A DNA stretch of 64,000 bases from Lentisphaeria bacterium. Its GTDB lineage: Bacteria > Verrucomicrobiota > Lentisphaeria > JABSQK01 > JAWLHB01. Both the position numbers and the translations under genes were made by a program. Below, piece after piece: positions 1-10,242 of this stretch. The stretch's first letter is position 1. Every line of letters starts with the position of its first letter. Location: assembly GCA_041690595.1 (NCBI GenBank), contig JAWLHB010000002.1, forward strand, positions 248,001 to 312,000. Direction: 5' to 3'. The notes beneath the pieces were generated by a model. The model had not been told where the DNA came from. It ran no database searches and worked only from the letters and a program-made list of their open reading frames with translations.

Positions 1-2
1 CC

Positions 3-971
3 CTGTGGGTCGGCTTTCAGTATGGTTTTGGTCCGCTGCTTTCGGCCTACCGCGGCCGCGAAACGCAGGTCTATATCGTCAACGACAGTCCGGATCAACG
101 TTACATGGTGCGATTGGGCTGGCGGCGTTTGCGCCAGGAGTTGTATCCCAACGGTGTGGTATCCTTCAAGCTTTTCGTGGGGATGAAGGAACGACAGGGT
201 CTGGCAATCAAGACCATCGATGAGAACGGCAAGCAGAAGTTTTTGAAGAAGCTGAAGCTCCCGCTGTCGCCCGATGCCCGCGTACTGGTAAATCTGAACC
301 AGGGGCAGACCTATTACATCTACAAGCCGGAGTTGGTGAAGGAAAAGGAACTGGACAGTGTGGGGCAGCTGACGCGGGAAATTCTCAACATGGAGAAACA
401 GCTTACCGCGGCGGAAGAGGTTCTGGAAAGCGCCAAGGCCATCGGCCGCCAGGCGTTTGTCGACCAGACGGATGCGGAAGTGATCGATCTGACGGAGTAC
501 CGCGCTCGCGCCAGTCGGGTCGGCTATACCGCTGAGCAAGAGGATGTCGACTTGCCCGTGTTGACGGATCAGCCCGTCGCGCTCCCCATCGCCAAAGGGG
601 CCTCGATCTCGTACCATCACGGCAAGCCCGAGACGACGACGGTCAATGTCGTCCTTACTGGTAAGGGAAATCTCGACCTCGGTTCGTACGCGCTGCAGTT
701 GGAGAATCCACGGGCTACCGTTACGCAGCGCGACGATACCATCGTCGTCAACGTGCAGAGTCAGCGTGTGGACTTGACGGAGCAAGGCAAGACTTTTGGC
801 GGGCAATGGCGGTACAATGCCACCAAGCGGCCCAAACAGCCGTGGACCTGGGAGTGGCTTTTCGATGCCACGAATCAACAGGGAAACCAGGCTGCCACCC
901 ACCGTCTGCGTATTCGCGTTCCGAATGTCGGCGAGCCGGAGTCCAAAGTGGAAGCGATCCCGTCGCGTTGA
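3..971 (+). CDS. Hypothetical protein, 5'-truncated by window edge
   Basis: Frame of ORF 105..971 stays open back to position 3 (LWVGFQYGFGPLL...); no family recognised. Confidence 0.7.
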   Translation: MWVGFQYGFGPLLSAYRGRETQVYIVNDSPDQRYMVRLGWRRLRQELYPNGVVSFKLFVGMKERQGLAIKTIDENGKQKFLKKLKLPLSPDARVLVNLNQGQTYYIYKPELVKEKELDSVGQLTREILNMEKQLTAAEEVLESAKAIGRQAFVDQTDAEVIDLTEYRARASRVGYTAEQEDVDLPVLTDQPVALPIAKGASISYHHGKPETTTVNVVLTGKGNLDLGSYALQLENPRATVTQRDDTIVVNVQSQRVDLTEQGKTFGGQWRYNATKRPKQPWTWEWLFDATNQQGNQAATHRLRIRVPNVGEPESKVEAIPSR

Positions 972-977
972 GGATCG

Positions 978-2567
978 TCACTCGCCCAGGCGTGCAAGCA
1001 ACCATCGGCGCAGCAGCAGCGTCAGCGCAAGTGCTGGGATGGCGACTGCCGCCAGCATGAGCAGGCAAAGCGAGGCGACATCCGAATAGGCGCCCCAGTG
1101 GATCAGGCTGAGAAAGCGCACCGTGACCGTGGTTGTGCCGGGAGGCACGACCAGTACCGATGCGCCGACTTCGCTGAGGGAGAGGATGCAGGCAAGGGCA
1201 AAGGCCAGCGCGACGCTGCGCCAGCAGGCGGGCGTCGTGATATGGATCAGCCGTTGCAACCAGCCAGCGCCGTCCAGGAGCGCGGCCTCGTCCCACTCCC
1301 GGGGCATCGCCTGCAGGGCAGGCAGCAGGATGATCACCGCGAGCGGCAGGCTGCGAATAAGGTGCGCCAGCACCACGATGAGGCTACTGTCGTAGATCAT
1401 GCCCGGCAGTCCCGCATGGTTGAAGAGATGTATCAGCCCCATGCCCACGACGGGCGCCGGCGTCGCCATCAGCAGAATCAGCATGGGCCCCAGGTACCAG
1501 CGGGTTCGCGGCCGCCAGACCATCAGGTTCGCCCAGATGAAACCCACCGTCGCTGCCAGCACGGCGGCCGCCGGCGTCACTTGCAGGTTGAAGAGGAGCT
1601 CCGGATAGACGGCGCCAACGCCATTGGCGAAATTGCTCCAGCTGCCGACCCCCGCGGCCAAGCTGCCCAGCGGCACCAGGAAGATCCCCACCAGCACCCC
1701 CAGAAAGGCCATGGCCAGCAGCCGCATGGCAGGGGGCAGCGGATACAGCGGAGGAGGGCGTGATGTCCGCCAGCGTTCGTGATGACGAAGGTGATACCAG
1801 AGCAGCCAGCCGGCACCCGCCAGCAGGACGATGATCGGCAACGAGGTCGCCGTCCCCCTCCACGGCGAGGCATGCAGCTCGAACTGGACAAAGGTTTCCT
1901 CGGGATAGGTGCGCACCGCCAGCGTATCGGTTACCGTGATATCGGTGAAGGCGAGTACGGAAATGGTCACCGCCGCGGCGGAGATCCCCCAGAGCGCCTG
2001 CGGCAGGGCGACATGGCGAAAGACCTGGAAGCGCCCTGTCTCGAGGAGCGCCAACTCCTCGGCGTCAGCCTGTCCGATGCTGAAGGCGATGCCGCTCACC
2101 AGCATGACCAGCGGCACATACGCGACCCCCTGTATCCAGGAAACGCCGACGGCTTTGGCAATAGCCGTCGGCAAGGTGAACCAGAACTGGCTGCCCAGCA
2201 AGGTGATCCAGGCCGTGGTCGTCACATAGAGGGGGACCGTGGCAGCGGGCAGCGCGGCAAGCGCCAGCCAACGACGACCGGGAATGGCCGTACGGAAGCA
2301 GAGAAAGCCTGCCGGCACCCCGAGCCCGAGCGCCACGATCAGCGTACCGGCGATCACCCCCAGCGTCGTCAGCAGAAGTTCCAGTCGGCGAGGATGGCTG
2401 AAGACGGTGGCCGCCATCGACAAGGTCAGTTCGCCTTCAGGAAAGAAGACCCCCACCAGCATGACGAGAGAGGGCAGCATGCAAGCGGCAATCAGCAACC
2501 CGCATGCCGACCCCACTACCCAGCCAATCGGTCGCTGCCAACGGCTGATGTGCGGATCCACGGTCAA
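978..2567 (-). CDS. Iron(III)/thiamine-type ABC transporter permease (FbpB-like, two TM modules)
   Basis: Highly hydrophobic; two EAA-loop-like motifs (EELALLETG, DEAALLDGAG); TTG start at 2567 overlaps trmB stop (TTGA). Confidence 0.85.
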   Translation of the reverse strand: MTVDPHISRWQRPIGWVVGSACGLLIAACMLPSLVMLVGVFFPEGELTLSMAATVFSHPRRLELLLTTLGVIAGTLIVALGLGVPAGFLCFRTAIPGRRWLALAALPAATVPLYVTTTAWITLLGSQFWFTLPTAIAKAVGVSWIQGVAYVPLVMLVSGIAFSIGQADAEELALLETGRFQVFRHVALPQALWGISAAAVTISVLAFTDITVTDTLAVRTYPEETFVQFELHASPWRGTATSLPIIVLLAGAGWLLWYHLRHHERWRTSRPPPLYPLPPAMRLLAMAFLGVLVGIFLVPLGSLAAGVGSWSNFANGVGAVYPELLFNLQVTPAAAVLAATVGFIWANLMVWRPRTRWYLGPMLILLMATPAPVVGMGLIHLFNHAGLPGMIYDSSLIVVLAHLIRSLPLAVIILLPALQAMPREWDEAALLDGAGWLQRLIHITTPACWRSVALAFALACILSLSEVGASVLVVPPGTTTVTVRFLSLIHWGAYSDVASLCLLMLAAVAIPALALTLLLRRWLLARLGE

Positions 2568-3169
2568 CTTGCCATCGTAGCGTGGGGAATCTGGTCGACG
2601 ACCCGATACGCCACGTGGTGCACCTGCTTGCCTGCGCTTTCCCATAGCAGCTCGAAATCTGTCTTCAGGTCCGCTACGTCAGCATATCCCTCTGGGGCGG
2701 GTTCGTACCGCGGCAGCGGCGTGATCGCTTCCTGAATGAAGTTGTAGTACGGCTCGTCATCCGTGGCAATATGCAGAACGGCTCCGGGCTTCAACTTCAT
2801 GGAGAGACGGCCGAGAAACTCGGAGCCAAGCAGACGCCGGGGAGCATGGCGAGCTTTGGGCCAGGGATCCGGGCAGAGCACATGGGCCCGGTCAAGGCAA
2901 TGATCCGGCAACTGATAGCCGATCAGCTCCCAGCCGGTTGTGGCGAGGAGCCGGGCATTGTCCAGCCCTTCCTTCTTCAGCTTTCGCTCGACCTTGTGCA
3001 GGCGGCTGCGCAGTTGATCGGCTCCGAGGATCAGCCGGTCGGGGTATCGCCGGGCAAGCCCGACGAGGAAGCTTCCCGTCCCACAGCCAAGGTCCAGTTC
3101 CGTTGCGGCGTAGCCTTCCGGAATGGACCATTGCGCATAGCGGCGCTCTTTGAAAAAATCATGCAGCAT
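2564..3169 (-). CDS. trmB: tRNA (guanine-N7)-methyltransferase
   Basis: LDLGCGTG SAM motif, CPDPWPKARH..RR, ATD, TDFE motifs. Confidence 0.93.
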   Translation of the reverse strand: MLHDFFKERRYAQWSIPEGYAATELDLGCGTGSFLVGLARRYPDRLILGADQLRSRLHKVERKLKKEGLDNARLLATTGWELIGYQLPDHCLDRAHVLCPDPWPKARHAPRRLLGSEFLGRLSMKLKPGAVLHIATDDEPYYNFIQEAITPLPRYEPAPEGYADVADLKTDFELLWESAGKQVHHVAYRVVDQIPHATMAS

Positions 3170-3223
3170 AAGCGCCTATAATAGCTCAGATCATCCAGGT
3201 TTCCACCCGCGGACGCTTATCCT

Positions 3224-3448
3224 TTTCAACCCCAAAGAACGCAAGGATGGCAAAGCGGAAGCGAGGAGTGAGGCGTTGGAGGTGGAGGCGTTGGAAGGCG
3301 GACGTTCGGGGTGCTGGGGAGCGGGGCGCAAGAGGTTTAACCACAAAGAACGCAAAAATCGCAAAGAGGCGAGAGAGAAGGGGGCGGCGGGGAGATGGAC
3401 GTACGTTCCGGGGTGCAGGGGTGGCGGGGAGCAAGAGATTTAACCACA
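3224..3448. repeat. Degenerate ~103-112 bp tandem units with core TT(C/T)AACC(C/A)CAAAGAACGCAA
   Basis: Core at ~3224 and ~3336, partial TTTAACCACA at 3439; shared GGACG..TTC(C)GGGGTGC and GCAAGAG segments. Confidence 0.7.
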
Positions 3449-3497
3449 TGTCCGGGCAACGGGGCCACTCGGAGAGCGGCTCCAGTTGGGGCCGAGG

Positions 3498-3520
3498 CCG
3501 GCCGTTGGGACAACGGCCGG
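3498..3520. repeat. Perfect 10-bp inverted repeat (hairpin)
   Basis: CCGGCCGTTG-GGA-CAACGGCCGG. Confidence 0.75.
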
Positions 3521-3707
3521 AACGTGACTGATGAGAGGCAAACGGTCAACGCAGGTGCCACTCAGGCGAGTGGCGTGCCCAAGGTGGGAGCGAGGCGGGG
3601 AGGACAAAGAATAGTGGGCGAGTGTTGACCATTGAACGGAGGAGGGCCATGTTCTGCAGGATTGCGTCGCCATGCACGTGCATTATGAACACCTTTTCGG
3701 CTGCCCC

Positions 3708-5132
3708 ATGAGAGCTGCAGACACACCTTTTCTGATCCGTGTGGCACAGACTATCCAGCAGCATCGTCTTCTGGATGATGCCGCGGGTGTGCTGGTTGGT
3801 TTCAGCGGGGGGGCGGACAGCACGGCACTGCTTCTGGCGCTGCATCAACTCGGCTATCCGCTGGTGGCGGTTCACTTTCACCATCACCTGAGGGGGAGTC
3901 AAGCTGATGGGGACCTCGACTGGTGCAAGCGCTTCTGTGAAGAACGGGAGATCGAGTTTCGCGAGGCGCATCTCGATGTCGTTGCCGAACAGGAGGCTGG
4001 AGAGAGTATCGAAATGGCGGCGCGCCGGCTGCGCCTCGCCTGGTGGGGGCGGCATCTGGTCGAGCATCCGGATCGGGTCGTGGCGCTGGGCCATCATCGC
4101 GACGACCAACTGGAGACGCTGCTGCTGCGTCTGTTGCGCGGCGCCAATGCCAGTGGGTTGACGGGGCTGCGCCATCGGCGGATGGTGAACGGAGTACCGA
4201 TCATACGCCCCTTGCTGGATGTCGACCGGGTGGAGATCGTGGCCTGGCTTGACCAGCAGGGCGTGACGGACTGGCGGGTCGACGCCAGCAATCTGGACAC
4301 TTCCATTCCGCGAAACGCCATCCGTCACCGCCTTCTTCCCCTGCTGGATGAGCTTGGCCATGGGCTGACGGGGCTGCATCATTCGGTAGCCTATCTGGAG
4401 GAAGATGCGCGCTTCATCGAGTCGCTGCTACCGGCCGATGGCGTCGAGGAGCTGGAGGTGGAGGGCTTGCTGCGTCTGCCGGTGGCGCTCTGGCCCCGCC
4501 TGCTTAGGGCCTGGCGTGCCCGACAGGGGGTCGCGGATGGACCGGTGCCGGCCTCTCTGCTTAACCGGCTGAAGGAGATCCTTCCCGTCCATGGTACGCA
4601 GCCGATCCGACTGGACTGGGACAAGGAGCACTTTCTGCTTATTGAACGAGGGCGACTGACTCTGCTGCCGCGTCAGCCGCCCTGCCTGGCGGAGCCGGTG
4701 ATCTGGTCATGGCGGCAGGAGCCGAGGCTACGTCTGCCACAGCTTGGGGTTACGCTGATCGCGGCTCCTGGCTCCGAACGTCGCGCTGGGGATGAGGGGG
4801 CGAGCAGCTGGTGGCCGGCGGACGCGCTGCCTCCCCGCCTGATGGTGCGCGGCCGGATGGACGGCGATCGCATGACGCCCTTTGGAAGCGATCGTCCTGT
4901 CAGGGTGAAAAAGCTGGTGGGGCATGCTAAGTTACCAGCGACCGACAAGCAACGCCTGGTGCTCATCTGCAGCGACGAGGGTGAGATTCTCTGGATCCCC
5001 CGCGTTCGACGCTCCGCCTTTGCACCAGTCGACGATACTACCGACGCTCTTGTGGAACTCCGATATGAACCCACGCTACGCTCTCCTGCGTCTTCCGATC
5101 CTCGTCCTGACCCTCCTCCTGGCGAGCGCTGA
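3708..5132 (+). CDS. tilS: tRNA(Ile)-lysidine synthetase
   Basis: SGGADS PP-loop, HHHLRG, E.AARRLR, GHHRDDQLET, IRPLL, RNAIRH; start may be 3672. Confidence 0.96.
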   Translation: MRAADTPFLIRVAQTIQQHRLLDDAAGVLVGFSGGADSTALLLALHQLGYPLVAVHFHHHLRGSQADGDLDWCKRFCEEREIEFREAHLDVVAEQEAGESIEMAARRLRLAWWGRHLVEHPDRVVALGHHRDDQLETLLLRLLRGANASGLTGLRHRRMVNGVPIIRPLLDVDRVEIVAWLDQQGVTDWRVDASNLDTSIPRNAIRHRLLPLLDELGHGLTGLHHSVAYLEEDARFIESLLPADGVEELEVEGLLRLPVALWPRLLRAWRARQGVADGPVPASLLNRLKEILPVHGTQPIRLDWDKEHFLLIERGRLTLLPRQPPCLAEPVIWSWRQEPRLRLPQLGVTLIAAPGSERRAGDEGASSWWPADALPPRLMVRGRMDGDRMTPFGSDRPVRVKKLVGHAKLPATDKQRLVLICSDEGEILWIPRVRRSAFAPVDDTTDALVELRYEPTLRSPASSDPRPDPPPGER

Positions 5133-7749
5133 TTTCGTCTACAGTCAGGAACCGGCCGCCGGCACGGAAGCAGCCGAGGAGCAGCCGACGAATCCCTTCG
5201 TCTGGAAAGAACGGGGCGAGAAGGCGTATGCGAGTGGCGATTTCGAGGCGGCCGGCCGTCTCTTCCGTCGCTATTTCAACATGGCTTATCACCAGGACAT
5301 CCTGATGGATGCCCTCCAGCCGCTGATGCGCAGCCTGATCTACAGCGGAGATGTGGCCGGGGCGGAGAAGCTGCTGGAAGAGGTGCCCAAACGGATGGCG
5401 GAGATCGTGCCAGCCAGTGCGCCCGCGGAGAAGAAGCAGTTGACACCAGTCAACCAGCAGATCTTTCTCTACTGGCAGGGGCGAGTCGATTTCCTGCAGG
5501 GCAGAGTCGACGTGGCGCTGGTCAAATTTCTGAAGGCGTCGGAGGAGCCGTCGCCGGAGACGATCAAGACGCTGGGGAATCTGGGGGCGGCCGAAGCCTA
5601 CGTCTCGAAGGAGCAATGGACGGAAGCGGAGGCGCGTTTCAGACAGGTCGAGGAGGCGCATCTGGATGAGGTGCAGCGTCAGCAGGCCACAATCGGGATG
5701 ATCCGCGCGCTCATCATGCAGGCGAAGTACGATGAAGCGGATACGCGGATCCGGGCGGAATGGGATGATGCAACGGGGCAGTACCGGACGCAGATGGGGA
5801 TGCTCTACATCGTTTCGCTGCTGGCACGAAAGTATGTCAGCCAGGCGTACGCCATCTACAAGGACGCCTTCGTGCGGGAGGTGGATTATCTCAATTCCCC
5901 CATGCACTACGGGGTCATCCGGTCGCTTGGCCGGGCGCTGATGGAGAGCGGCGACTACGACTCCGCCACCTTGGTCTTCGAGCGCATGCTGCCGTTGGTG
6001 AACAGGGAGGAGCAGAAGCAGGAGATCCTTCTGGATCTGGCGGATGCTGGAACGGGCGCCGGGCAGCAGGCCGCGGCCATTCGCCACCTGCAGAAGTTCA
6101 TCCAGCTCTATCCCACGGATTCCCGCATCGTGACCATCCGCTTCCGCATCGCGCAGTTGTACGAGAAGCTCGAGAATCACGTCGAGGCGATCACCTGGTA
6201 CGAGCAGGTCTACAATCAGGAGGCAGCCCCCGCCGAGCTGCGCTATCAGGCGGCCCAGCGCATCGCCTGGATCTCGCGCGACAACCTCCAGAACTACGCT
6301 CGCGCGGTGCACTTCTTCGAAGCGGCGGCCCGTCTTCCAGCCGGTGAGGAACAGCAGGCGCGCAGCCTCTTTTATGCGGCGGAGACGCGTGCACTGATCG
6401 AGGACTTCAACAGTGCAGCGGCCCAATATGGACGAGTTGCCGACACCTTCCCCAGTACCACGTTTGCCGGCGAAGCCCGTTACAAGCAGGGCATCGCCTA
6501 TTACCGGAGCAAGCAGTACGCGCTGGCCGCCGAGGCTTTCGGCAAGTTTATCGAGGGATGGCCGGAAGACACCAAGATCGCCGATGCCCTTTTGAAGCAG
6601 GGCCTCGCCCAACGCTTGGCGGATCTCAACTCCGCGGCGAAGGAGACACTCGAAAAGTTTGCCACTACGTACCCGGAATCGACGGATGCACCCTACGCTC
6701 TCCTGCGCGCGAGCGATGCCGCCTCCGCCAACCAGCTTCCCGCCGAAGCCATTCGCCTGCTGACCAGGATCATCGAGAACTACTCCGACAGCCAGCACTT
6801 CCCTTACGCCCTTTATAATCGCGCTTACCTCAACCTGGCCCAAGGCCAGTACGAGCCGGCCGTGGCCGACAGCGTCACCTTTCTGAACCAGTTCGGCAAG
6901 ACCTTGCCCGATCTGGCGCCCGATGTCCTGCTATGGCTCGGCGATCATTTTGCCACTCTGGGCAGGTTCGACGATGCCGAGCGCTACTTCATGAACATCG
7001 TGCGCGATTTTCCACAGTCCAGCGATGCGCCGATTGCCTTGTATGAGGCCGCCTGGAACTACTTCAAGCAGCGCGACTACAAGGAGGCAATCGATGCCGC
7101 CGACATGCTGCTCAAACGCTATCCCGACGCGCCGGCCCGCGTGCGCGCGCAGGCCCTCTTCCTGCGGGCGGATATCGCCACCCTCACCGGCGAATTCGAC
7201 TTGGCGGCGCAGCTGCTCACGCAGGCCATCGAGCTGGTTCCGCGCACCCGGCTTCACTATGCCGCGCTGGGGCGCCTCGGCGAATCTCACTACAATCTCG
7301 GCAATGCTGTCGAGAAACCGGACGAGGCACGGCCACACTATCTGAAGGCACTGGCTTCCTTTGCGCAGATCATCGACGAGTTGGAGAACACGGAGACGTC
7401 GGGTCGAGATTCTCTCGTCGAGAAGGCCCGGTATCGAAAGGCACGTGTTCATGAAGTGCTCAAGCAGACCACGCAGGCCCGCGCCGAGTACAACGACATC
7501 TTCTGGTCCTACAAGAACGAGGAGATCGAGGGCAACCGTATCTTTGATTGGTATTACTTTGCCCGGGCCGGTTTCGACCTCGCTCGCCTCTACATCGACG
7601 AAGGGCAGTATTCATCGGCGATCGCGATCTACCGGCGTCTCGCCGAATCGAATATTCCGATAGCCGACGATGCGCGCGCCCGGGCTCGCGAGCTGGCGCG
7701 CAGCTATCAGCTTACGCCGAGCGGCGGCACGCCCTCTCCGACCCCCTAA
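5065..7749 (+). CDS. Large exported TPR protein (BamD/CpoB-like repeats)
   Basis: Signal peptide from ATG 5065 (MNPRYALLRLPILVLTLLLASA); many 'F...YP.S..A..AL' TPR repeats. Confidence 0.85.
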   Translation: MNPRYALLRLPILVLTLLLASADFVYSQEPAAGTEAAEEQPTNPFVWKERGEKAYASGDFEAAGRLFRRYFNMAYHQDILMDALQPLMRSLIYSGDVAGAEKLLEEVPKRMAEIVPASAPAEKKQLTPVNQQIFLYWQGRVDFLQGRVDVALVKFLKASEEPSPETIKTLGNLGAAEAYVSKEQWTEAEARFRQVEEAHLDEVQRQQATIGMIRALIMQAKYDEADTRIRAEWDDATGQYRTQMGMLYIVSLLARKYVSQAYAIYKDAFVREVDYLNSPMHYGVIRSLGRALMESGDYDSATLVFERMLPLVNREEQKQEILLDLADAGTGAGQQAAAIRHLQKFIQLYPTDSRIVTIRFRIAQLYEKLENHVEAITWYEQVYNQEAAPAELRYQAAQRIAWISRDNLQNYARAVHFFEAAARLPAGEEQQARSLFYAAETRALIEDFNSAAAQYGRVADTFPSTTFAGEARYKQGIAYYRSKQYALAAEAFGKFIEGWPEDTKIADALLKQGLAQRLADLNSAAKETLEKFATTYPESTDAPYALLRASDAASANQLPAEAIRLLTRIIENYSDSQHFPYALYNRAYLNLAQGQYEPAVADSVTFLNQFGKTLPDLAPDVLLWLGDHFATLGRFDDAERYFMNIVRDFPQSSDAPIALYEAAWNYFKQRDYKEAIDAADMLLKRYPDAPARVRAQALFLRADIATLTGEFDLAAQLLTQAIELVPRTRLHYAALGRLGESHYNLGNAVEKPDEARPHYLKALASFAQIIDELENTETSGRDSLVEKARYRKARVHEVLKQTTQARAEYNDIFWSYKNEEIEGNRIFDWYYFARAGFDLARLYIDEGQYSSAIAIYRRLAESNIPIADDARARARELARSYQLTPSGGTPSPTP

Positions 7750-7758
7750 GCCATCTTT

Positions 7759-10242
7759 CTACGGCTGGGCGGGTGGAGGATCGGCAAACTGCAGCATGGC
7801 TGGCAGGCGCGGTTGCCGGGGTACAGCCTGAGGAGGCGGTTGCTTCCGGGGCTGTTCAGGCAGTGGATAGTTATTCTGGACGAGGAAGCTGCGGATGCGA
7901 TCCGCCTGATCGATGTTGGGGTCGAGCCGAAGCGCCACCGCCATGCGTTCGCATGCCAGCTGGATATCCCCCCTCTCCCGGTACATGGCCCCCACATCCT
8001 TGTACGGCAACGCATACTCTGGATTCATCTGAATGCTCCGCTCCATCTGCTCGACCGCTTCAACCTTCTTCCCCTGATGATAGAGCGCCAGTCCCAGATT
8101 GTACCAGTACTCGTGGTTCTCGGGGCTGAGTTCCAGCGCCTTGCGCACATTCTCTTCCGACTTTTCGTATTCCTTGGCATCCAGATAGGCACATGCCATG
8201 GCGTTGTAAGTCTCCGCTCCCTGGGGAAAAAGCCGAAGTGCCCGCTGCGCGATCTCCACCGCATTGGCCGCATTGTGGCTGCGCTGATAGGCGACCGCCA
8301 GGTTGTGCAGACCGACATACCACACTGGATAGGCCTGCGCCAGTCGCTCCAGGGTAACGACGGCTTCCGCCGAGCGGTCCATTGCCATCAGCGCCCGTCC
8401 CTTGTAGCAGAGGGGCCGCAGGTTGTGTGGATCATGACTCACGATCTGATCGGCTGCAATCACCACGCCGGCATGATCGCCGATGGCATTCGCATCGTAC
8501 ATCTTGCGCGAATAGACGTCGCCCATCACGACCTGATACTGAATATGCGCGACCAGCAGCAGCGCCACCACCGAAAGGGCTCCCAGTCCATATTGCAGGG
8601 CAGGCTCCATCGCGACCCCCTTGACGTCGTTGCTGGTGCCGAGGCCATTCTTCCGGAGCGAATACTGCCGCGCAATCAAGGCGGCAAAGCAGGCGGCCAG
8701 AAGCGGCGGCATGGTCCGATCGAAGGGGAAGCTGAAGAAGGTGTTCACCGCAATGCCGAGCAACGCCATGCTCAGAACCAGCGACAGCGTATCGTCCGGC
8801 CGCATCAACTGCTTCAGGGAAATCCAGGCCACCATGCCCAACACGATCAACAGGAGCGAAAAGCCGACCAACCCCAGTTCGGCGAGCGCCTGCAGATAGT
8901 CGTTATGCGTCCGGTGCCATTCGAAGCCGGGCCAGAATGGATCGACCACCGCCGCCTGCGCATACAGATCGTAGTGCACGCGAAAATTGCCCATGCCCAC
9001 CCCGATCACCGGGTGGTCCTGCCACATCTTGAAGGTGTTCTTCCAGACAACCATTCGCACCCCGAGACTGGCCGCTCCAGGCGCTTCCAGCTTGCTCTTG
9101 CTGGGATCGATCGAGACCGGCATGTTGCTGCTGGTCGGCTGCACGGGAGAGAGCCCGTCCTGCTCGTAAACATCGCCCTTCTCGATCGTGGACTTTGCCG
9201 ACTCAACCGCTTTGATCAGCTCATTGGAAAAGGCAACCCGTCCTGTCACCGGATCCCGGGTGAGATTCATCAGCACCAGTAGGATCACCATGCAGCCAGT
9301 CACCACAAGCACCATCCACCTGGCCTGGAAGAGGCGCCTCGGAATCGACAACAGTAGCTGCCACCATTGCCGCCACTGCCGGCCATACTTCCTGATGAGG
9401 TGATACCCCCAATAAACGGCCAGCAGAGCGACCTGCAGCGCCATCCCCAGCCAGGCCCCCTTCGACTTCCCATGGAAGACGTAGACCACCATGAGCGTGG
9501 TGCAGATGCCGATCGCCCACCACCAGGAAAGCTTCCGCGTGCGCGACAACAGGTACAGGCCCAGCGGCGCCGTCATGACGACGAAATCCATGGCCATGTT
9601 CTTGTTGACAAAGGTGGAAGCTGGGGGTGCTGTCTGCAGGATCTTGCTGTAGCCGGTATAGACCTGCAGCAGGCCGATCAGCGTCACCACCACACCCGAG
9701 GCAAAGACCGCGATAATAAAGGTGAGGATCAGCTTCTCGGTACGCAGAAGGTTGAGTGCCAGCAGGTAGACCACGGGGATGGACGCCCAGATGAGAAAGC
9801 GCTCGACCCCGTCGCGGTAGCTGTCCGCCCAGGCAAAGGATACAAGGGCCCACGCAATGAGGAGCAGTGAACTGAACAGCAACACCTTTGGCCCCAGCCG
9901 CAACACGTCACCTCGTCCCCGGCTGAAGAACCATGCGACGAGAAGCGCCAGGCTCGCCGTCTGGATCAACGCGGCCTGCGGCGTCTTGGTGGCCTCGGCG
10001 ATCTGCCGGATGATGATCAGCGGCATGACGCCGACGAGCACGATAAAGATGTAGGCGAGGACGGTCTGCAGACTCACCTCGCTCTTGGCCGGGGCCGATA
10101 CTGCCGCGCCCTGCCCCGCCAAGTCACGAATCGCTTCCTCCACCGCGGATTGGTGCAGATACAAGTCCGCGGCGATCTCTTGGGGCGTCTTGCTGCCGGC
10201 GTGGCGCTTAATGTATTTCAGTTTCTTGTTCGAGAGCTTCAT
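7759..10242 (-). CDS. O-antigen-ligase-like (Wzy_C) membrane protein with C-terminal TPRs
   Basis: STFVNKN, SKGAWLG, R..VW....KMW.DHPVIGVGMGNF, HRTHNDYLQALAELGLVG; TPR tail. Confidence 0.9.
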   Translation of the reverse strand: MKLSNKKLKYIKRHAGSKTPQEIAADLYLHQSAVEEAIRDLAGQGAAVSAPAKSEVSLQTVLAYIFIVLVGVMPLIIIRQIAEATKTPQAALIQTASLALLVAWFFSRGRGDVLRLGPKVLLFSSLLLIAWALVSFAWADSYRDGVERFLIWASIPVVYLLALNLLRTEKLILTFIIAVFASGVVVTLIGLLQVYTGYSKILQTAPPASTFVNKNMAMDFVVMTAPLGLYLLSRTRKLSWWWAIGICTTLMVVYVFHGKSKGAWLGMALQVALLAVYWGYHLIRKYGRQWRQWWQLLLSIPRRLFQARWMVLVVTGCMVILLVLMNLTRDPVTGRVAFSNELIKAVESAKSTIEKGDVYEQDGLSPVQPTSSNMPVSIDPSKSKLEAPGAASLGVRMVVWKNTFKMWQDHPVIGVGMGNFRVHYDLYAQAAVVDPFWPGFEWHRTHNDYLQALAELGLVGFSLLLIVLGMVAWISLKQLMRPDDTLSLVLSMALLGIAVNTFFSFPFDRTMPPLLAACFAALIARQYSLRKNGLGTSNDVKGVAMEPALQYGLGALSVVALLLVAHIQYQVVMGDVYSRKMYDANAIGDHAGVVIAADQIVSHDPHNLRPLCYKGRALMAMDRSAEAVVTLERLAQAYPVWYVGLHNLAVAYQRSHNAANAVEIAQRALRLFPQGAETYNAMACAYLDAKEYEKSEENVRKALELSPENHEYWYNLGLALYHQGKKVEAVEQMERSIQMNPEYALPYKDVGAMYRERGDIQLACERMAVALRLDPNIDQADRIRSFLVQNNYPLPEQPRKQPPPQAVPRQPRLPAMLQFADPPPAQP

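Noticed and set aside
3161..3188. dif-like site (GCATAA...)
   Set aside because: No XerD arm (TTATGTTAAAT-like); the sequence is the trmB start region.
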